NCBI RefSeq assembly: GCF_009834535.1
Contig: NC_045696.1
Coordinates: forward strand, 119,662,001-119,726,000
Source of the DNA: Camelus ferus
Taxonomy: Eukaryota
Direction of reading: 5' to 3'
Length of the DNA: 64,000 nt
The notes under the pieces are model-generated. The model searched no databases. It was not told the DNA's origin and was given only the letters and a program-made list of their open reading frames with translations. The position numbers and the translations under genes are program-made. Below are positions 24,594 to 39,300 of the stretch, in pieces. Position 1 is the stretch's first letter. Every line of letters begins with the position of its first letter.

Positions 24594-27500
24594 GTATGTA
24601 CTTTTTCAATGTATTTTTTGACATGATGTATTAAGGAAAAGTTAGGACATCTTAGTTCTTGCATTTGGTGGAACATGTCTCTTAGGACAGTAAGAAGTTA
24701 CCTGATACCTGAGTTTGCTGCCCGCAGGGAACCAGCCTGGTGGTGAGAGAAGTTTGCCAAGACAGGAGTATGTTGGGTCCAGTTCTCCTGAAAGCTGTTT
24801 AAAATTAATTTGATGTACCTTCAAAGGGAGAGACTTCCTAGACACGGGCCTGGGGTGCAAAATTTAGGTTGGTGTTTACTAAAAGCCTGCTCGTACCATC
24901 CTGTACCCATCCTTGCTTGTGTGGGACTAGTAAGGCAGGAATTATGAAGATGTATTAAGAAGCCTATCATTTGGGGCAAAGCACTGGGCTAAATCGGCAT
25001 CGTCACATATGACTTCTCCAACAGCAATTTCACAGAAAGAAACTGAGTCTTAGAGTAGAGGCTTTTCTGCTTTTAGCATCTTGAAAAGTCTTAGGATCTG
25101 CAGAATTGCACCCTGAATCTGACATTGCTCCTGTGAGACAGTCCTGGGGCAGCCGCAGCTCCACGCGCCCAGCGCTAACAAGTCATTAGTGGGCTCTTGC
25201 GGTACCTTGGACGCTTGGGGAGGAGGCAGATCAGCTGCCTCGGACACTGGAAATGCACAGGACAGGGTAGAGATGCTGGCTCGTGGGCGCTAAGACCAGC
25301 CCCAAACCTTACGAGTCCTGCAAGGCTGGGCCATGCCTGTGATTGTAGGGTGGGGGGGCATCCATGGATGCCTCTTAAAGTCGAGCTGAAGGAACCCCTC
25401 CTTTCCCAGAAGTCCCACTCTGCAGCTCTCCTGGCTTCTTGGGCTCAGGACAAGCCCTGTGTGGACAGACTGGGGAGACTGGTCACGCAGGGACGCTCAC
25501 ACTGACCGATGACAGTGACAAGCTGGCTGGCCCCCTCACAGGCACAGCTTCTCACTACTCCTTACTCTTGGTTTTGGTCTCTTCCTGTCTCTCACTTAAA
25601 ATCAGAAGATTAAAGAAAGACTTGGTGGAAGGGTATTAATTTTAAAAACTTAAAATTAATTGTAATTAATTTGTAAAATAGAAAAATGTAAGTAGCCCAC
25701 TGAACTCAGGCCTGTTGTCAGTACCCCGAGGTCCAGGAAAACCCTTTTTCTGTCGTAGAAATAACTCTTGGCCTCTTGACGTTTCTCTCACACCACAGGC
25801 TTGTGCCTCTGGGTACGTCAGGGCAGGTTTCTTCTGCTGACTGAAGATAAAACGTCCAGAAGCAAGTGTCCAGGGGTGCCTGAAGCGCCCTCCTCACAGC
25901 CTGTAGATTCTCCATCTTTTAAGTCTTGGGGACTTTTCTGAATATTCTGGAGTAGCTTATTTTTCAGGACAGTTTAGGAACAGCTAGTCTATGATTTAAA
26001 ACTCTGTACGTTCTGTTAAAGGGCCTGCACATTAAGCAGAATGCACCAGGCCTTGTATCTCCAGAGAATTAGACTTGGCTAAACAGCTGTTTTTATGAAA
26101 TTGAAGGCCAAAGAATCTCGTGGGTCGCCTCTGAGCTCCCAGGAGAGCTGGTGTGCGTTATTATCTCAGGAGCCCTCGTATGGCTCTGTTTGCCCTGATC
26201 TATTGAGTGTCCCTTTTTGGGCTGATCGTGGATTGGAAAAGATACTGTGTTTCTTGGCCCTCGGGGTTCATTTAGTTTTTGAGCATAAACATTCAGAGAT
26301 TCACAGTTCTCCCTTCCCTGTCTCTTCCTTCCTTTAAGCTTGGAAAAAGAGGAGTATTGACACATAGTTTCTAAAACTCATCATTTGTTCTAGGCGTTGA
26401 GGATTAAAGGGGCTAAATATGTGAAAGCAGACTGTTGTTGACTGGTCTGTTAGACGGGCCTGAAATCCCGGTCATTGTCACTACTGGAGACACTGTTGCT
26501 GCTAGCCTGAGACACGCGAGGATCCACGTGTTCTTACCACTCATTTCTCAGAGGCGTCCTTGTTTGCCCAGACCTTCCACCCCTGGCGGAGGCTGCCTGC
26601 CTTCTCTGCGAGGCCCGACCTCTTACCTTATGCTGTTGGTGAATTCTCTCCCACCTCTACCTCCCAGTGGGCCGGGCATTTTCCCCTCCCTAACCCACAG
26701 TTTGCTTCTCCCATGAACCTTCGTCAAGATCCCTTTTCCGCGTTCATCTTTTCTCTTGCATTCAGTACCTTTAGCAAGGTCCAGGCAAGTTTTGCCTCAG
26801 ATTACCTTACTGGGATGACCTGGACATAGAGAATACTGAATAAACGTTGTATTACCTTGACAGGCAGCTCAGTACGTTACTTCTTCATGAAGCAGTGCAT
26901 AATTTGAGTTGATGTGAAATGGTATTTTTTTCTCCTTTTCCTTTCCATAAAAATTTAGAAATTCTAAACATAGCCCGTTTTATTTTAGTTATGTATTCAT
27001 GAACAAAAGAAAAATGTAGAGAATTTTCCAGATTACTGAAGGATAGTGGTTACATTTATCACATTCACATTACATGGGTGTGATTTTTAAAAGACGTTGT
27101 TATTGGCTACAGCATTATGTGTGCCATGCATGTCTGCCGGATGCTGCCTTCTGTAAGTAGCCCCAGATGAGTTAAATGAAACCCAGTCCCCTTGGTAGCA
27201 CCGCTCTGTAAATTGATAAGGAAGATACATGCTTATTCTGACTAGGGTCCACCCAGCTACAACAGTACCATTTATTTCACTCTAGAACTTTCTTTCCTTT
27301 TTTCTTTTAAGTAGGTCACCCCCAGCTGGCTGTGCAAAGGCCCTTTCTTCATGTTTGCAGTGGTGCATTGAGGGAACTGATGCATACTTCAGAAATGTGC
27401 TTAAATAAATATTTGTCAGTTTTAACATTGCCTGTGCATGCTTTTTAAAAATACAGCTGTACTGGTGTTAGGAAAAGTTCACATTTCTTGGAGTCTGCTA

Positions 27501-28564
27501 GTTTGTACACACAATTAATATGATCTGCATCATTTACGTATAATGTGATGTTGGTTTTGAACAGTTTTTCCGTTATGTTTGTATTATGGGCCTTCTAGTC
27601 TTAAAAATTGAGATTTTTTTAAGATTTTCACTTTGGCATATTAGTGAGTAATATGCATTTGTTCAGTTTTAAAGCTGTATCTGTGTGTGAGCCTCCTGGG
27701 TACTGTAAGTCCTGGTTTTCAGTACAGCCATTAAAATCAGCCCAAGCAGTTGTCTTTCTAGAGCGTAGCTCAGAGAGTGATGTGTCATGAGAGAGCTTTT
27801 GTACCAGTTAGTACCTTTGCATGGTAGTCACATTTAGCTTGACATCTAATGATTTGATAGATAGTCTTTTGATGTTTTCCTAAAAATACAGTAGATATTT
27901 TTCATATTGAGATGGGGGGGAGATAGCTGAAAGTATCCACTTTAATTGATAATTTTTATATAAACAACTAAATCTACTTGATTTTTTTGTGCATCTCATA
28001 GTGTCTTTATTTCAGTGGGGATGGGTCCTGCTGAAAGTCTCATTTTTATAGTTATTAACTTGATATGCTCCTTCCCTATGAAGGAGTATTAAAAATGGCA
28101 CCCTGAGCAGCTTGTTTGATGTAGCAGGTAGTTATTGGGTGCCTGTTTTGTGTGAACCATACCAAGAAGTAGAACATAGAATCCAATGATATTTGCCTTT
28201 GAAGATATGTATTTGGGAACTTAATATATCAAAGTAATTAAAGAGTTAGTTAAGTAATGGCTCAGGTTTAAGAAAGATCATAAGAGTATTAAATGCTTAT
28301 TAGATGGTATTTGCAGGTACATGATGCTTTGACCATGCAGTTCTGGGGAACTCGAAGTCTTGTAAGACTTTTAGGGAAGAAGGGAACTGACGTGACCTTC
28401 AAGGATTAGTAACAATGATTAGAAAGAAATACCCAAGCAGAACATTCCGTACAGGGAAGGACTCGTTCTCATGAAGGAAGGCACAGAGGTGGGAGGGATT
28501 ATGGGAGAGGAGAAAGCCCTGCGTGAGCTAATCTGACAGGAAGCGAGGAGATAGAAAAAGAGAA

Positions 28565-28890
28565 GAGTGGTTCTCCCACCTTCCAGATACACGTTCCCCT
28601 TCCTGGCCTCCCCTGGGGTTGGGGGCCCGAGGCCGGCTGACCGGTGAAAGCAGCCTCAGCCCTGGGCCGGAGCTTCGCTCGCTGCTGTGAGACTGTGCGG
28701 TCTGCCTGGTGCAGTGACCGGCTGCCTCCCAGATGGCGTCGGCTTCGTGAGTCTGGATCCTTGAGTGACGGAGCAGAGCCCTCTTACTGAGTTACAGTAA
28801 CACTAGTGAACAGTAAAACACTAACTGTGCAAGCTGCTGAGATTTGGGAGCCGACTACTGACCACAGCATATATAACCTAGCCTGCCAGG
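28565..28890 (+). mobile_element. Old MLT1(H/J-like) LTR relic
   Basis: The 3' end aagctgctgagatttgggag...cacagcatatataacctagcct resembles an MLT1 terminus. Confidence 0.5.
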
Positions 28891-29396
28891 GTGGGTAGCA
28901 GACAAGGGTTAAGGACACTCAGTGGAAATAACAAGGGAGAAGCAGCTTTTAGCTGTGTGTTCTAAAGACCTAGCACTTTGAAGAAATGAGCCCAAGTCAT
29001 TCCCAGATACCCAAGTGGAAGATTCCACTAAAGCATACAAACATAAACTGAAGTCTTACATTAGACATAAAAAGCTAACTGGAGAACTTCAGAGTGTATT
29101 CAGACAACCTTGAAAACAGTAAGATCTAGGCAAAAGGAGGATTATAGATCACAGATTTATCCTTAGATAAAATAATCCATTAAATGTATTGTTTTCAATT
29201 ATTAGCACTATCAACATTTATCAAAATTACCCTGAATTGTTTTTTTCTGTCCTCTGGTTGTCATTGTGACTCATCGGTGTCCTGTCATGCATTATGTAGT
29301 CAGTTTGCATTTTTACCTTTCCTTAAAGATGCGCAGGATTATATTTCATATTTTCCCTGTACTCATCTGTATTTTTTCTTCATAAACACATTTCAG

Positions 29397-29539
29397 GTCA
29401 CATTGAAGTGGTGAAGTTACTTGTGGCACATGGCGCTGAGGTGACGTGCAAGGATAAGAAGTCGTACACGCCCCTGCACGCCGCAGCCTCCAGCGGGATG
29501 ATCAGCGTCGTCAAGTACCTTCTAGACCTGGGGGTTGAT
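29397..29539 (+). CDS. ANKRD28: ANKRD28 exon (G)HIEVVKLLVAHGAEVTCKDKKSYTPLH...LLDLGVD
   Basis: tttcag|GT ... GAT|gtaggt; 143 nt. Confidence 0.96.
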
Positions 29540-29753
29540 GTAGGTGCACCGGCTGAGCAGTGCAAAGGGACGGAGCGCCTGTGTGTCTGTGCTGTCAGTG
29601 GTGGTGCATGTTACACAGATTCAGGAGACAATTTCTTACAATAATGTTTTTGTCTTCTAATGCTTTTCTGTTTATAGTCCTTTGCATACTGTATGGTACA
29701 CTGATATCTGACCAAGATATGAAATCAGTCAAAGTATATTAAGAGATAAAACA

Positions 29754-29898
29754 GTGAGGGAGGGTATAGCTCAGTGGTAGAGTGTGTGCTTAGCATGCAC
29801 GAGGTCCTGGGTTCAGTGTCCAGTACCTCCTATAAAAATAAGTAAATAAATAAACCTAATTATCTCCCCCTACCAAAAGAAAAAAAATTTTTTAAAAA
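29754..29898 (+). mobile_element. tRNA-derived SINE (Vic-1-like, camelid) with 13-bp TSD
   Basis: gggagggtatagctcagtggtagag...gaggtcctgggttca with an A-rich tail. TSD aagagataaaaca 29741-53 and aagaggtaaaaca 29899-911. Confidence 0.9.
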
Positions 29899-31049
29899 AA
29901 GAGGTAAAACACATTCCAAAGGTGAACAATTAATTGGCAGAAGTTTTTCCTTTCCATCACATTCTAGGCCCTGTAGCTTTGTTTCAGCTGAGGAAACCCA
30001 CAGATCAGACATGCTTGGATTATTCTTCCTAAATGGCTGGGTAGGTGTTAGCCTTCTTTGCCCAGTGTGTCTCCTGTTCCCTGTAGGTGACCGTCGCTGT
30101 TCACAGCACCGGCCATCGGTCGGAGGGAGGCAGGAGAACGGGGGGTCCTGGCCTGGCGGCTCTGAGTCCCCTGCTGTTTGTGAGGAAGGGCTGCTGCGTC
30201 ATCTGAACGTGTCTGACTCCGGACCTGAGCTAGCTAAGGATACCTCCAGCTCCCACAGTCCAGCCTCTCGGCACATCTTCTTTGCACCCACTCTTAGTGT
30301 ATTTACCCTTATTTTAGGTACATTTTTGACAAACTCATCTGGTTCTTTAAAACACAGATTAAATAGAAAGAGTAGTTTAGATCGGCTGCAAATAGAAATG
30401 TAGGAGGTATTCTGGTTAGATGAAGAATCTACGTGACACCGTGTAGAGCTGAGTAGACTCAACTTCAGGACTATGTGAGACACTCAGTCCAAAACACACA
30501 AGTAGTTACGGAAAGTGTGGGGGCCGGACATTGAGATACATTGTCAGGTAGACTCTTGTAGGGTGCAAACAGAGGGTAGTTTTGTTTTAAGCCCACAGTT
30601 CTCACAGCTTTGTCTCAACGGAGTCACATAATGTCTTAGAGACCTTTGATCTGGATGAATGAGGCAGCCTTGTTTCTCATCACTGTTTCAAGTTCATTCT
30701 GGTGCAGTTCTGAAAGCTTATTTTATTGACAGCAAAATAACATAAACTCTGGTGAGAGTGTCCCTCAAAAAAAGTGGTCAGACTCAGAGCCGTTTAGTGA
30801 CATGTGGCCTCCAATGGTGTGATTGTTAAGTTTTCGTAGAGCTGACATAATAAATTACGACAATACAGGTGACTTAAAACAATTAATTTAACTTCTCAAA
30901 GTTCTGCAAGCTCTGAGGGAGAATCTGTTCCATGTCTGCCAGCTTTTGGTGATGAAGTCTGAGTAACTTGACTTAAGTTAGGTTTGCTTTTTCACTTCCT
31001 CCAATTTCTGTTACTAAGGACCTGAGAAAAGAAAATGTAAAGTACAGTT

Positions 31050-31680
31050 GTGCTAAATTGGGGCAAACCACAGGGTTAGAGGGCACAGCCTCCGCACCAG
31101 ACTGCCTCTGCTTCTGACCAGCCAGAGGTCTGAGAGTTTCCCAAAGCCGACTACAGCTTGGATAATTCATTGGAAGGACTCAGAAAACCCACTGGAAGCT
31201 GTTATGCTCACAGTTGTGGCTCATTACACAGAAAAGATACAGATTAAGAACAGCCAAAGGAAGAGATCCACAGGCAGCATCCAGGAGCACTGTGAACACA
31301 GAGCTTCCACCCCACGCCCCCAGCCCCTCCATGGGGTTAGGCCTCCTTGCTCTCCCGGCATCAGTGGGTGACGCTGTACACAAAGTACTGCCCAGCAGAG
31401 GCGCCCACCTGGCTTTGTGGTCACAGTTTTACTGGGGCTCCATGACATGGGTGTGGCTGACTGATCAGAATTGCTCACGTGGTTGATTTCAGTCTCCAAG
31501 TCTCCTGATCCCAAGGGACCCAAAGCCCCTCCCCTCAGTCACGTGGTTAGTTTATGTGGTGCCTGGGACCTTACTCTAAAGGCTGTCAGCTATGCCTAAC
31601 CCCCCCTCAGATCCAGGGTCGCCAGGTGTGCCATACATGACCTCCCAGAAGACGGGACAAAGGTGAAATTCCTCACTACA
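31050..31680 (-). mobile_element. ERV LTR relic (MER21/MER77-like) next to a short MLT1 fragment (~30815-30950)
   Basis: gaaggactcagaaaacccactggaagctgttatgctcacagtt...gatacagattaagaacagccaaagg, ending in cactaca; family assigned from memory. Confidence 0.65.
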
Positions 31681-32345
31681 AAGAGGTCACATAAACTTTA
31701 AAGTAGTCATCCAGTTTATTTCTAAGAAATAGGAAAAGAGCTTGAGTCCTGTGAATTATTTCACAATGTTGAGTGTGTTGTCTAGAGCACGCTTATTTTG
31801 GTAAAATGCCCACATGTGAGTCTGGAAGATAACCTAGAGTCCAAGTTGGTTACAGAAATGATTGTCACTCAGTTTCTAAAAATTCTGGTCTCTGCTAATT
31901 TATCAGCTTTAATCTTTTGTCACTGTGAGCAAAACAGCTGAAAATATGCATGTTTTTCAATGTATCTCAGAATTTTCAGTTTATGTTCACTTGTCTTGAT
32001 TATTCAAGTTAATTCTATAATTGTCCCTTACCTAGTAGGCTTTTAAAAATACATTATTTTAGTTTTCATTTTCCTCAAATATCTCTTGGAATCATTCAGT
32101 TTTGTCATGAAGTAGACGTACGTATGAATTATATTCCCTGGAGGTACAAAATCCATTTGATACCACAGTGCTGCTGTGTTCATTATTTTTAAAGAACTTT
32201 AAAGTTGTTATAAGCCTTATCTGTGTATTTATCCGTTTGTTTCTCACTTTAGTGATTTGCTGTCAGCCACAACGTTGCCAGAGTAGCTCGCAACAATGGT
32301 GATTAGGAAGACTGCTTTAACATTGGCATTTTTTCCTTCCAACAG

Positions 32346-32558
32346 ATGAACGAACCAAATGCCTATGGAAACACACCTCTTCATGTCGCCTGCTACAATG
32401 GGCAGGACGTTGTCGTGAATGAACTTATAGACTGTGGTGCTAACGTCAATCAGAAGAACGAGAAAGGGTTTACTCCTTTGCACTTTGCTGCTGCATCAAC
32501 TCATGGAGCACTGTGTTTAGAGCTTCTAGTAGGCAATGGGGCCGATGTCAATATGAAG
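32346..32558 (+). CDS. ANKRD28: ANKRD28 exon [19 protein letters not shown]...GNGADVNMK
   Basis: caacag|ATG ... AAG|gtatga; 213 nt. Confidence 0.97.
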
Positions 32559-32619
32559 GTATGAGAGAAAATCAGAATCCATATGCAGTGCTCAGGAGTT
32601 CACTGGAGTCAGTAGCGTA

Positions 32620-33250
32620 TGCCCTTCAGCAATAAACAGCAATGAATCACTGATACACACAGATGAATCTTAAAAATACTATGCTGAGTGAAAGCCTTGC
32701 ACCAGAATATATTCACTATTTCCATTTCTATAAGGTCTTAGAACAGACAAAATTCAACTTGTATGAGGTTCCAAACGCTATAGTTGGGTAAAAATCAAAA
32801 ACGGAACAGTTGTTGCCTGTGGGAGGGGGGACTGGTGAAAAGGGGGCATAAGGGAACCTTCTGGTTGATGGTCACGTCCTGTCTTTTGCAGGCTTTGTGT
32901 TGTATAAATAAGCTTTAGTCAAAACTCATGAAGTGGTACATTTAAGATTTACCCGCTTCATTGCGTGTAAATTTTCCCTTAGAAGGTTACAAGCTGAATA
33001 TGTATTGGTATATTGAAGCCAGGTTAGTGATATGCATACCGAAGTGTTTGGAGCTAATGTGCAGTGGCATCCGCAGCTAACTCTGAAAAGCGTCACATAG
33101 TCAGGTGGGTAGGTGGCTGGTGGGTGGAGAGGCTGGTGTGTGATAATTCTCGCTGCAGTGCAGTGGTGGTGGTAGAGAGTCTAGGTGGTAGGTACATGGC
33201 TGTTTACTGTGGGAGTCTTCCAACTTCTCTGTTTTGAAAGTTTTCACAAT
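32620..33250 (+). mobile_element. Old L1 (L1MC/ME-type) 3'UTR fragment
   Basis: agatgaatcttaaaaatactatgctgagtgaaag...ttccatttctataagg...gggcataagggaaccttctgg. Confidence 0.7.
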
Positions 33251-36008
33251 GGTAGAATCAATGTTTTATGTGTAAGGAGTAGTTGCTTTCTGGGTCTTTG
33301 ATCAGTCACTTCCAAGAGTGAGCATTTGGCTTTTAGAAATACGGAGAAATTCTGGAGCCAACATAAATGTACCTTCAGTGCTTAGTTCTTTGGGAACACA
33401 CATGAAGCCACAGTGCTGAGCATAACTACTTTATAATGTGTAATCATCATTGTATATTTTCCAGGATGCTTTCACTGATTGCTTCTGTGTTAATTCAGTA
33501 CTTCATTCTTTGAGCACTTGCCAGACTATATCTTGTGGTTTAAAGAAAACCACAAACAAAATTGAACCATTCGGGATTAGTGAAAACATTTAAGCTTCAA
33601 GTGTTTCCAGCACTTTAATTACATAAAATGTCAGCTTCTTCGGTAGGTGTGGTGAGCCAGTGTCTGTCAGACTGGTCAAGAAGGGAGTCCAGTTCTCACT
33701 CTAACTTTAGAACATCCTTTAATGATGCCGCTGACCCACTCTGACAGCTGTGGCGGCGGAGGGCCCATCTATAATTAGGTCATTGCTCTAAATTCCCTGT
33801 CCCAGCTCAAGGACAGGACTCGTACGTATCCACCCATGGGAGGAGAGGGCGCGAGAGACCTGAAAGAACCCACTACGGTTACAGTGCCTCTTTTAAGAAT
33901 ATACATTTAAAGCTTTCAGTCCTCAATCAAATCCCCTACTATAGTTTTTTTAGTAGTTTAAATAACTGCTAGAAGTTTACTGATAATTAGTTTGAACTAC
34001 TTATTTTGATTTGAAGGATTCCTGCTGTTTGGGTAATCAATGCCCAGAAAAAATACCTAAAATCTTGCGGGGGGGGGATTTTTCACTTATTTCCTCAAAG
34101 GCCTACTAATAATTTTTAATGAAGAGCAGGCTATTTTAAAAATAAAAATTTTGAAATTACCTTAACATTCTTCAAATGAGAAGATGTCAGCCAAATATTT
34201 TTAGTGTCTAGGAGATCTGTTTATGATAAAGTAGCTGTAGTTAAAATCATCTCTGCTAATATAAATATGAAGTGTCCTAGAGGAGGGGATGCTTACCTCT
34301 GTCATTAGCTATTTATTGCACATTTGTTAGTTTATATGGTGCTGTCTTTAAAAGGTAAAAATTAGGCTTTCTGTTTATTGTATACAGTACCATTTAGGTA
34401 GGAATATTTACTACAATTTGATAATTAATCTCTTGGTTCATACGTCATTGCCTACATAGCTGACTCTAGTACCTTTGGTTATTTTTAAGTGTGTATTTTC
34501 TTTTGAAATGTAGGAAAGAGAATCAGTTCTGCAAGAGGCTCACTTAGCATGCTCAGACCTGTGGTCCTATTCCAAGTTACTTCCTTAATGATTTAGAAAA
34601 TTCAGTGGTGTATTTTACGAGGGAATTTTTTAGCAAAGCAGTTAAGATGTGGTGGTTAAGTAGATTTGAAGGCAACAGGCTATGACGATGGTTTAAAAAT
34701 AGATTTCAGGGAAGTTGCTTTGATCTTGTCTGAGGACATAGGACATCCTGCTAATTGCAATTGTCTGATTATCTTACTGCCAAGTTCATTGAAACACATT
34801 TCCCATCTTGTTAATAATTTTTAAGGTACCTTCCAACTCTAAAATTATATAAAAATTGTTGGTAGCTGTGAGTTTTCAGCCAATAAGAATGTATATTCAT
34901 TCAAGAAGACATCTTTATTCCTGACCCCTGTGTTTTGTTTATTTGTCACATTGGTGCTTATCAAATTGTTGCTTGCCTGAGGAGCTAAGGCTTTGACATT
35001 TGCCTTGTATTATAAAAATAGTTCTGTTTGCTGACCCTCATGTTCTCCTGATTATCAAGTCACCTTTCTCCATCTCTTCTTCCATCCCATTCTCCATATT
35101 GATGTTCCTGTCCTTGATCAACTTGTGATGACTAGAAATTGGAAGGAAATTTAGCTGTGTGATTATTCAGTTTGTAAGTTTTAAATTGGTTGTCCTACGT
35201 AGAGTTAAAATGAATGGTTTTTAAAAAGCAGTGTAAGTCTGGTTTTCATAACCTTGCTTAGCATGAACCCCACAGCATTGGTTGTATCACTTGCATAAAA
35301 ACCTTTTCCCACCCCACCCTCTACTCTAAATTTTGGTCAGATAAACAGAATACCCCAAATACTTCTTTCCTTTGTGATGGTCACATGTATGTTTTGATTA
35401 ACAAAACAATTTTAGGGAAGAAAAGACTTTACTTAACTCAAAATAAAAGATGCCACCTAACTCAGGCTTATAAGTAATTTGAGAAAATAGCTAACATATT
35501 TATTACAAATAATTGTAAACAAAATAATATAAAGTTTTTTAAGTGATTTATAGTGGCTGAAATTAATTCTAACATTCGCTTTTCCTTGGTCAAGGAGGGA
35601 GTCAGCTTTTCTCACAACAAAGGAATTGTAGCAATGTGACATGTTTGCAGCTTGGGAAGCACATCTGGGCTGTACCACTCCGTTCTGTGACCTTGGGTGA
35701 ATCATCGAATGCCGTTCTGCTTCCGTTCCCCCATCTGTGAAATAGGAATGATATGATTACACCATACCCACCACTCAGGGCTTTTTTTATTGAGTTTTTT
35801 TGTATATTTGTGCTTTATGGTACACATAGTAAAAAGTTAATTCATAATTTTGGACAGCTGTTTTACCGCCAGAGGCTTCAGTTAAACTTAATGCTTGAGG
35901 AGTACTTTTTACACAAAATAAAGTTGTAAAAGGATATTCAAAATAAAACCAGCGAATACATGTTACGGATCTAAGAAGGAGTTTTAATCTCTTGCTTGTT
36001 TATTTCAG

Positions 36009-36087
36009 AGCAAAGATGGGAAAACCCCACTGCACATGACTGCCCTCCACGGTAGATTCTCCAGATCCCAAACCATTATCCAGAGTG
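36009..36087 (+). CDS. ANKRD28: ANKRD28 exon [26 protein letters not shown](G)
   Basis: tttcag|AGC ... AGTG|gtaaaa; 79 nt. Confidence 0.96.
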
Positions 36088-37019
36088 GTAAAAAGTATTT
36101 CTGTGTGTTTTTTTCTTAAATGTAGTAAAAGCATCCACAAAATGAATGGTACTGAGGAATTGTCATAGTGGTGTATACATTTTTTACATTTAGTATCAGG
36201 GCTCATGGAAATCAGATAATAAAGAATTTAAGATGCCATGTACTTGCATCTTTTGAAATTATGTTCCTTTTTATTTTTGTTTCCCCTAGATTGTAAATAA
36301 TAATTTCTCTAGCAGTTAGTGTTGAGTTCTTTAAAAGCATTGCTAGGTAGGAAACTCTGCCTTTCCGCTGCAGTTTGTATTATATGTTAAAACTCGGTTG
36401 CATTTCTTTCTCCCCTTTTGAATATTTTAACTCTTTTTAGGATTTTTATTCATTTCCTGAACTTGTATTCTTTTGCATTTGAATTAGTACTAGGCAAGCT
36501 AAACTTTTAAATAAAAAGAACTTTTAGTACATTACTTTAAAGCAGCATTTCACAGGCCATGTTCCAAGGAACTCTTTGTTAGTAGCCCTCAGGAGAATAT
36601 TTATTCTGATTTTGCAGGGAAAAGGTAGGGATAGTCTCATGATCCGGTAGTTCATGCAGCACTGCATGCAGTCTTCTCTGTAACGTGTAGAGTGCACATT
36701 AAAGCTGGGAAAAGTCTTGCTCTAGAGAAATGTGTTTAATTTTGTTTTAATGCTATGGTTTCCAAACACAGGGACCCCAGAAGCCTGTTGTCATTCCTAA
36801 ATCTGTTAAAGTCTTATGCTCAGTCCACGAAATTGCTTTAAGTATAAAATCTGTAACCCCAGTGCCTGGCCCAATTAAATGTGCTTGCATGAAATCTGTA
36901 GTTCAGTTGCTGTACCCATCAGTTTGTGCCTTGACTAGTGTTTTATATTACTTTGCATGTGATAGATGTGCCTTGATCTTTACCTAGTCCTATGTCTGAC
37001 AGTCCGCCCTTTGCTGCAG

Positions 37020-37134
37020 GCGCTGTGATCGACTGTGAGGATAAGAACGGAAACACCCCTTTGCACATAGCAGCGAGGTACGGCCATGAGCTGCTCATCA
37101 ACACGCTTATTACAAGTGGTGCTGACACTGCAAA
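37020..37134 (+). CDS. ANKRD28: ANKRD28 exon (G)[37 protein letters not shown](K)
   Basis: ctgcag|GC ... GCAAA|gtaagt; 115 nt. Confidence 0.96.
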
Positions 37135-38055
37135 GTAAGTGCTTCCCCGGGTGCTGATGTTGTGGTGGGGGAACACGCCGGGCAGACGCGTGCTTTTCTA
37201 GATGCCTCAAGTGAAGATGTGGGTTTTGTCCTCAGTGTGGTATTCGCTGCTTGAGCTTTTTCCCCTTTCTATTGGCTATGTGGTAAAAGAAAATGTTTAA
37301 TACAATTTCATTGGGTAAGCCATCATAGGGTATTTTCATATTTTTTATCCCAGTTCTTTCTAGATTTTAAGTAATATAAGTTTCCATGTAAGATTTTGTT
37401 TAAAGGATGGATTCTCTTGCATGCTCTACAGGCATAAACACCCTACTTAAACTGATGTTTATCATTCTTTTGTATGTTTCTATTTTTTTATTACATTTTT
37501 ATATGCTCATTAACATGTTTTTAATCATCTTTTAAAGTTTCTGTAAGTGGTATGCTGCTGTATACTTTTTTGCAACTTTTCTTTACATGAAGTTGTTGAT
37601 TTAGCCACTTAGATGTAAATTTGGGCTTTTTTCTCATCTCTATAATTTACTTTAATTCATTTGTCTTATAAAATTTAATTATGGTATAAAGATGTCACAA
37701 TTTATTCATCCTTCTTATTTGCAAACACAGGTTGCTTCCAGTTTTCTACCATCACAGGAATTACTGCAGTGAACACTGCCCTGTGGCAGTGATTCTCAGC
37801 GGAGGGGCGGGGAGAATGGATTCTGCTCCCCAGGCAAACGTCTAGATGTTCTTGGTCATCATCCTCTGGGGAGGAGGGTTTTACTGTCGGCCCGTGTGGG
37901 TACAGCCCAGGGGCACGTCCTGCATGCACAGGAGAGGCCCCCATATCCACAACGACAGTAGTGCTGAGGCTGAAAGACCGTCCCCAGAGAGGGAGATTGC
38001 TGGATAAGCTAAGCTGTTTCCTGGTAATTTACGTGGTGGTTGTGTTTGTCTTCAG

Positions 38056-38138
38056 GCGTGGCATACATGGAATGTTCCCCCTCCATTTGGCAGCCTTAAG
38101 TGGTTTCTCAGATTGCTGTAGGAAACTTCTTTCTTCTG
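38056..38138 (+). CDS. ANKRD28: ANKRD28 exon [27 protein letters not shown](G)
   Basis: cttcag|G ... TCTG|gtgagt; 83 nt. Confidence 0.96.
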
Positions 38139-38939
38139 GTGAGTAGAACCTTCACAGACAGATTACCCCTTTTTCCTCCCCAAACTCCCCCTCCCCATTT
38201 TAATACAGTCTCTTTACTATGCTATTCCAAAATTACATACAGATATGTCCAAGTATGGGTCCTTTATTAACCCATCATAGAAGATGTTGAGTCCTTTCAT
38301 TTTCAGGTTGAATTTTCTCTTTGGCTCTGGGAGGGGTCTCATTTTTCCAGCAGTGTCCTCCCTCTCAGCTAGGGAGTGGGATATGGGCTGTTTCCACAGC
38401 TGCCGCTTTATGTCTTGACGCAGACTATCTTCACGTGCACCTTTCCTTTTTAAGAGCTGATAGCCATTTAGGTTTGTGAAATTATTTATGCCATATCTAA
38501 CTAGGGTTTTAAAATGCTACACACATTCATAGTGAGTTTGAAACAAAACAGGATCAATAGGTTTCTATAAATATTACTAAAAACTACGATCCTTATTAAA
38601 TGCATAGAATTACTAAATACATAATTAATTTTAAATAATATTCTATTTCCCAAAGTGTTAGGAAAGTTAAGCAGATTTTATTATATTAATACTCATGATT
38701 GATGAAAGAATTATGGGGAAGTTTCAGTGAAAAATTAACATTGTGACACAGACACTTGTGAGTTTTTCTTAATGACATCTTTTAAGTGAGGTAATTGTGT
38801 TTCAAGTGTTTTAAGTGTATGTGTGTTCACAAGTAATCACATGCCCGTTTATTTATGAGAGAATTCTAAAAATCTTTCCTCGGTGTTAGTAATAATCTAC
38901 AGGTAACAAAGTACCTATGGCTCTCAAAAAAAAAAAACC

Positions 38940-39300
38940 AGTTTCATTAAGATATAATTCACATGCCATATAATTCACCCATTTTTTTGTCAGTGTTTTT
39001 AGTATATTCATAGAGGTGTGTGACCATCACAGTGCATTTTAGAACAATTTCATCTTCCCCCCCAACAAAAGAAACCTCATATGTAGTCAGTCCCCATTCC
39101 CTCCCTCCCACAGCCCTGAGCAATCACTAATCTGCTTTCTATCTCTATAAACGTACCTATTCTGGACAGTTCATAGAAATGGAATCACCCAAGATGTGGT
39201 CTTTTGTAACTGATTTCTTAGAAATGTTCTCAAGGGTCATCCAGTCTCATAAACACGTGTCAGTACTTTATTTCTTTTTATGGCTAATAGTGTACCACTG
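38940..39300 (-). mobile_element. Old L1 (L1MB-type) 3' fragment, antisense
   Basis: agatataattcacatgccatataattcacccattt...caatcactaatctgctttctatctctata...tattctggacagttcatagaaatggaatc. Confidence 0.78.
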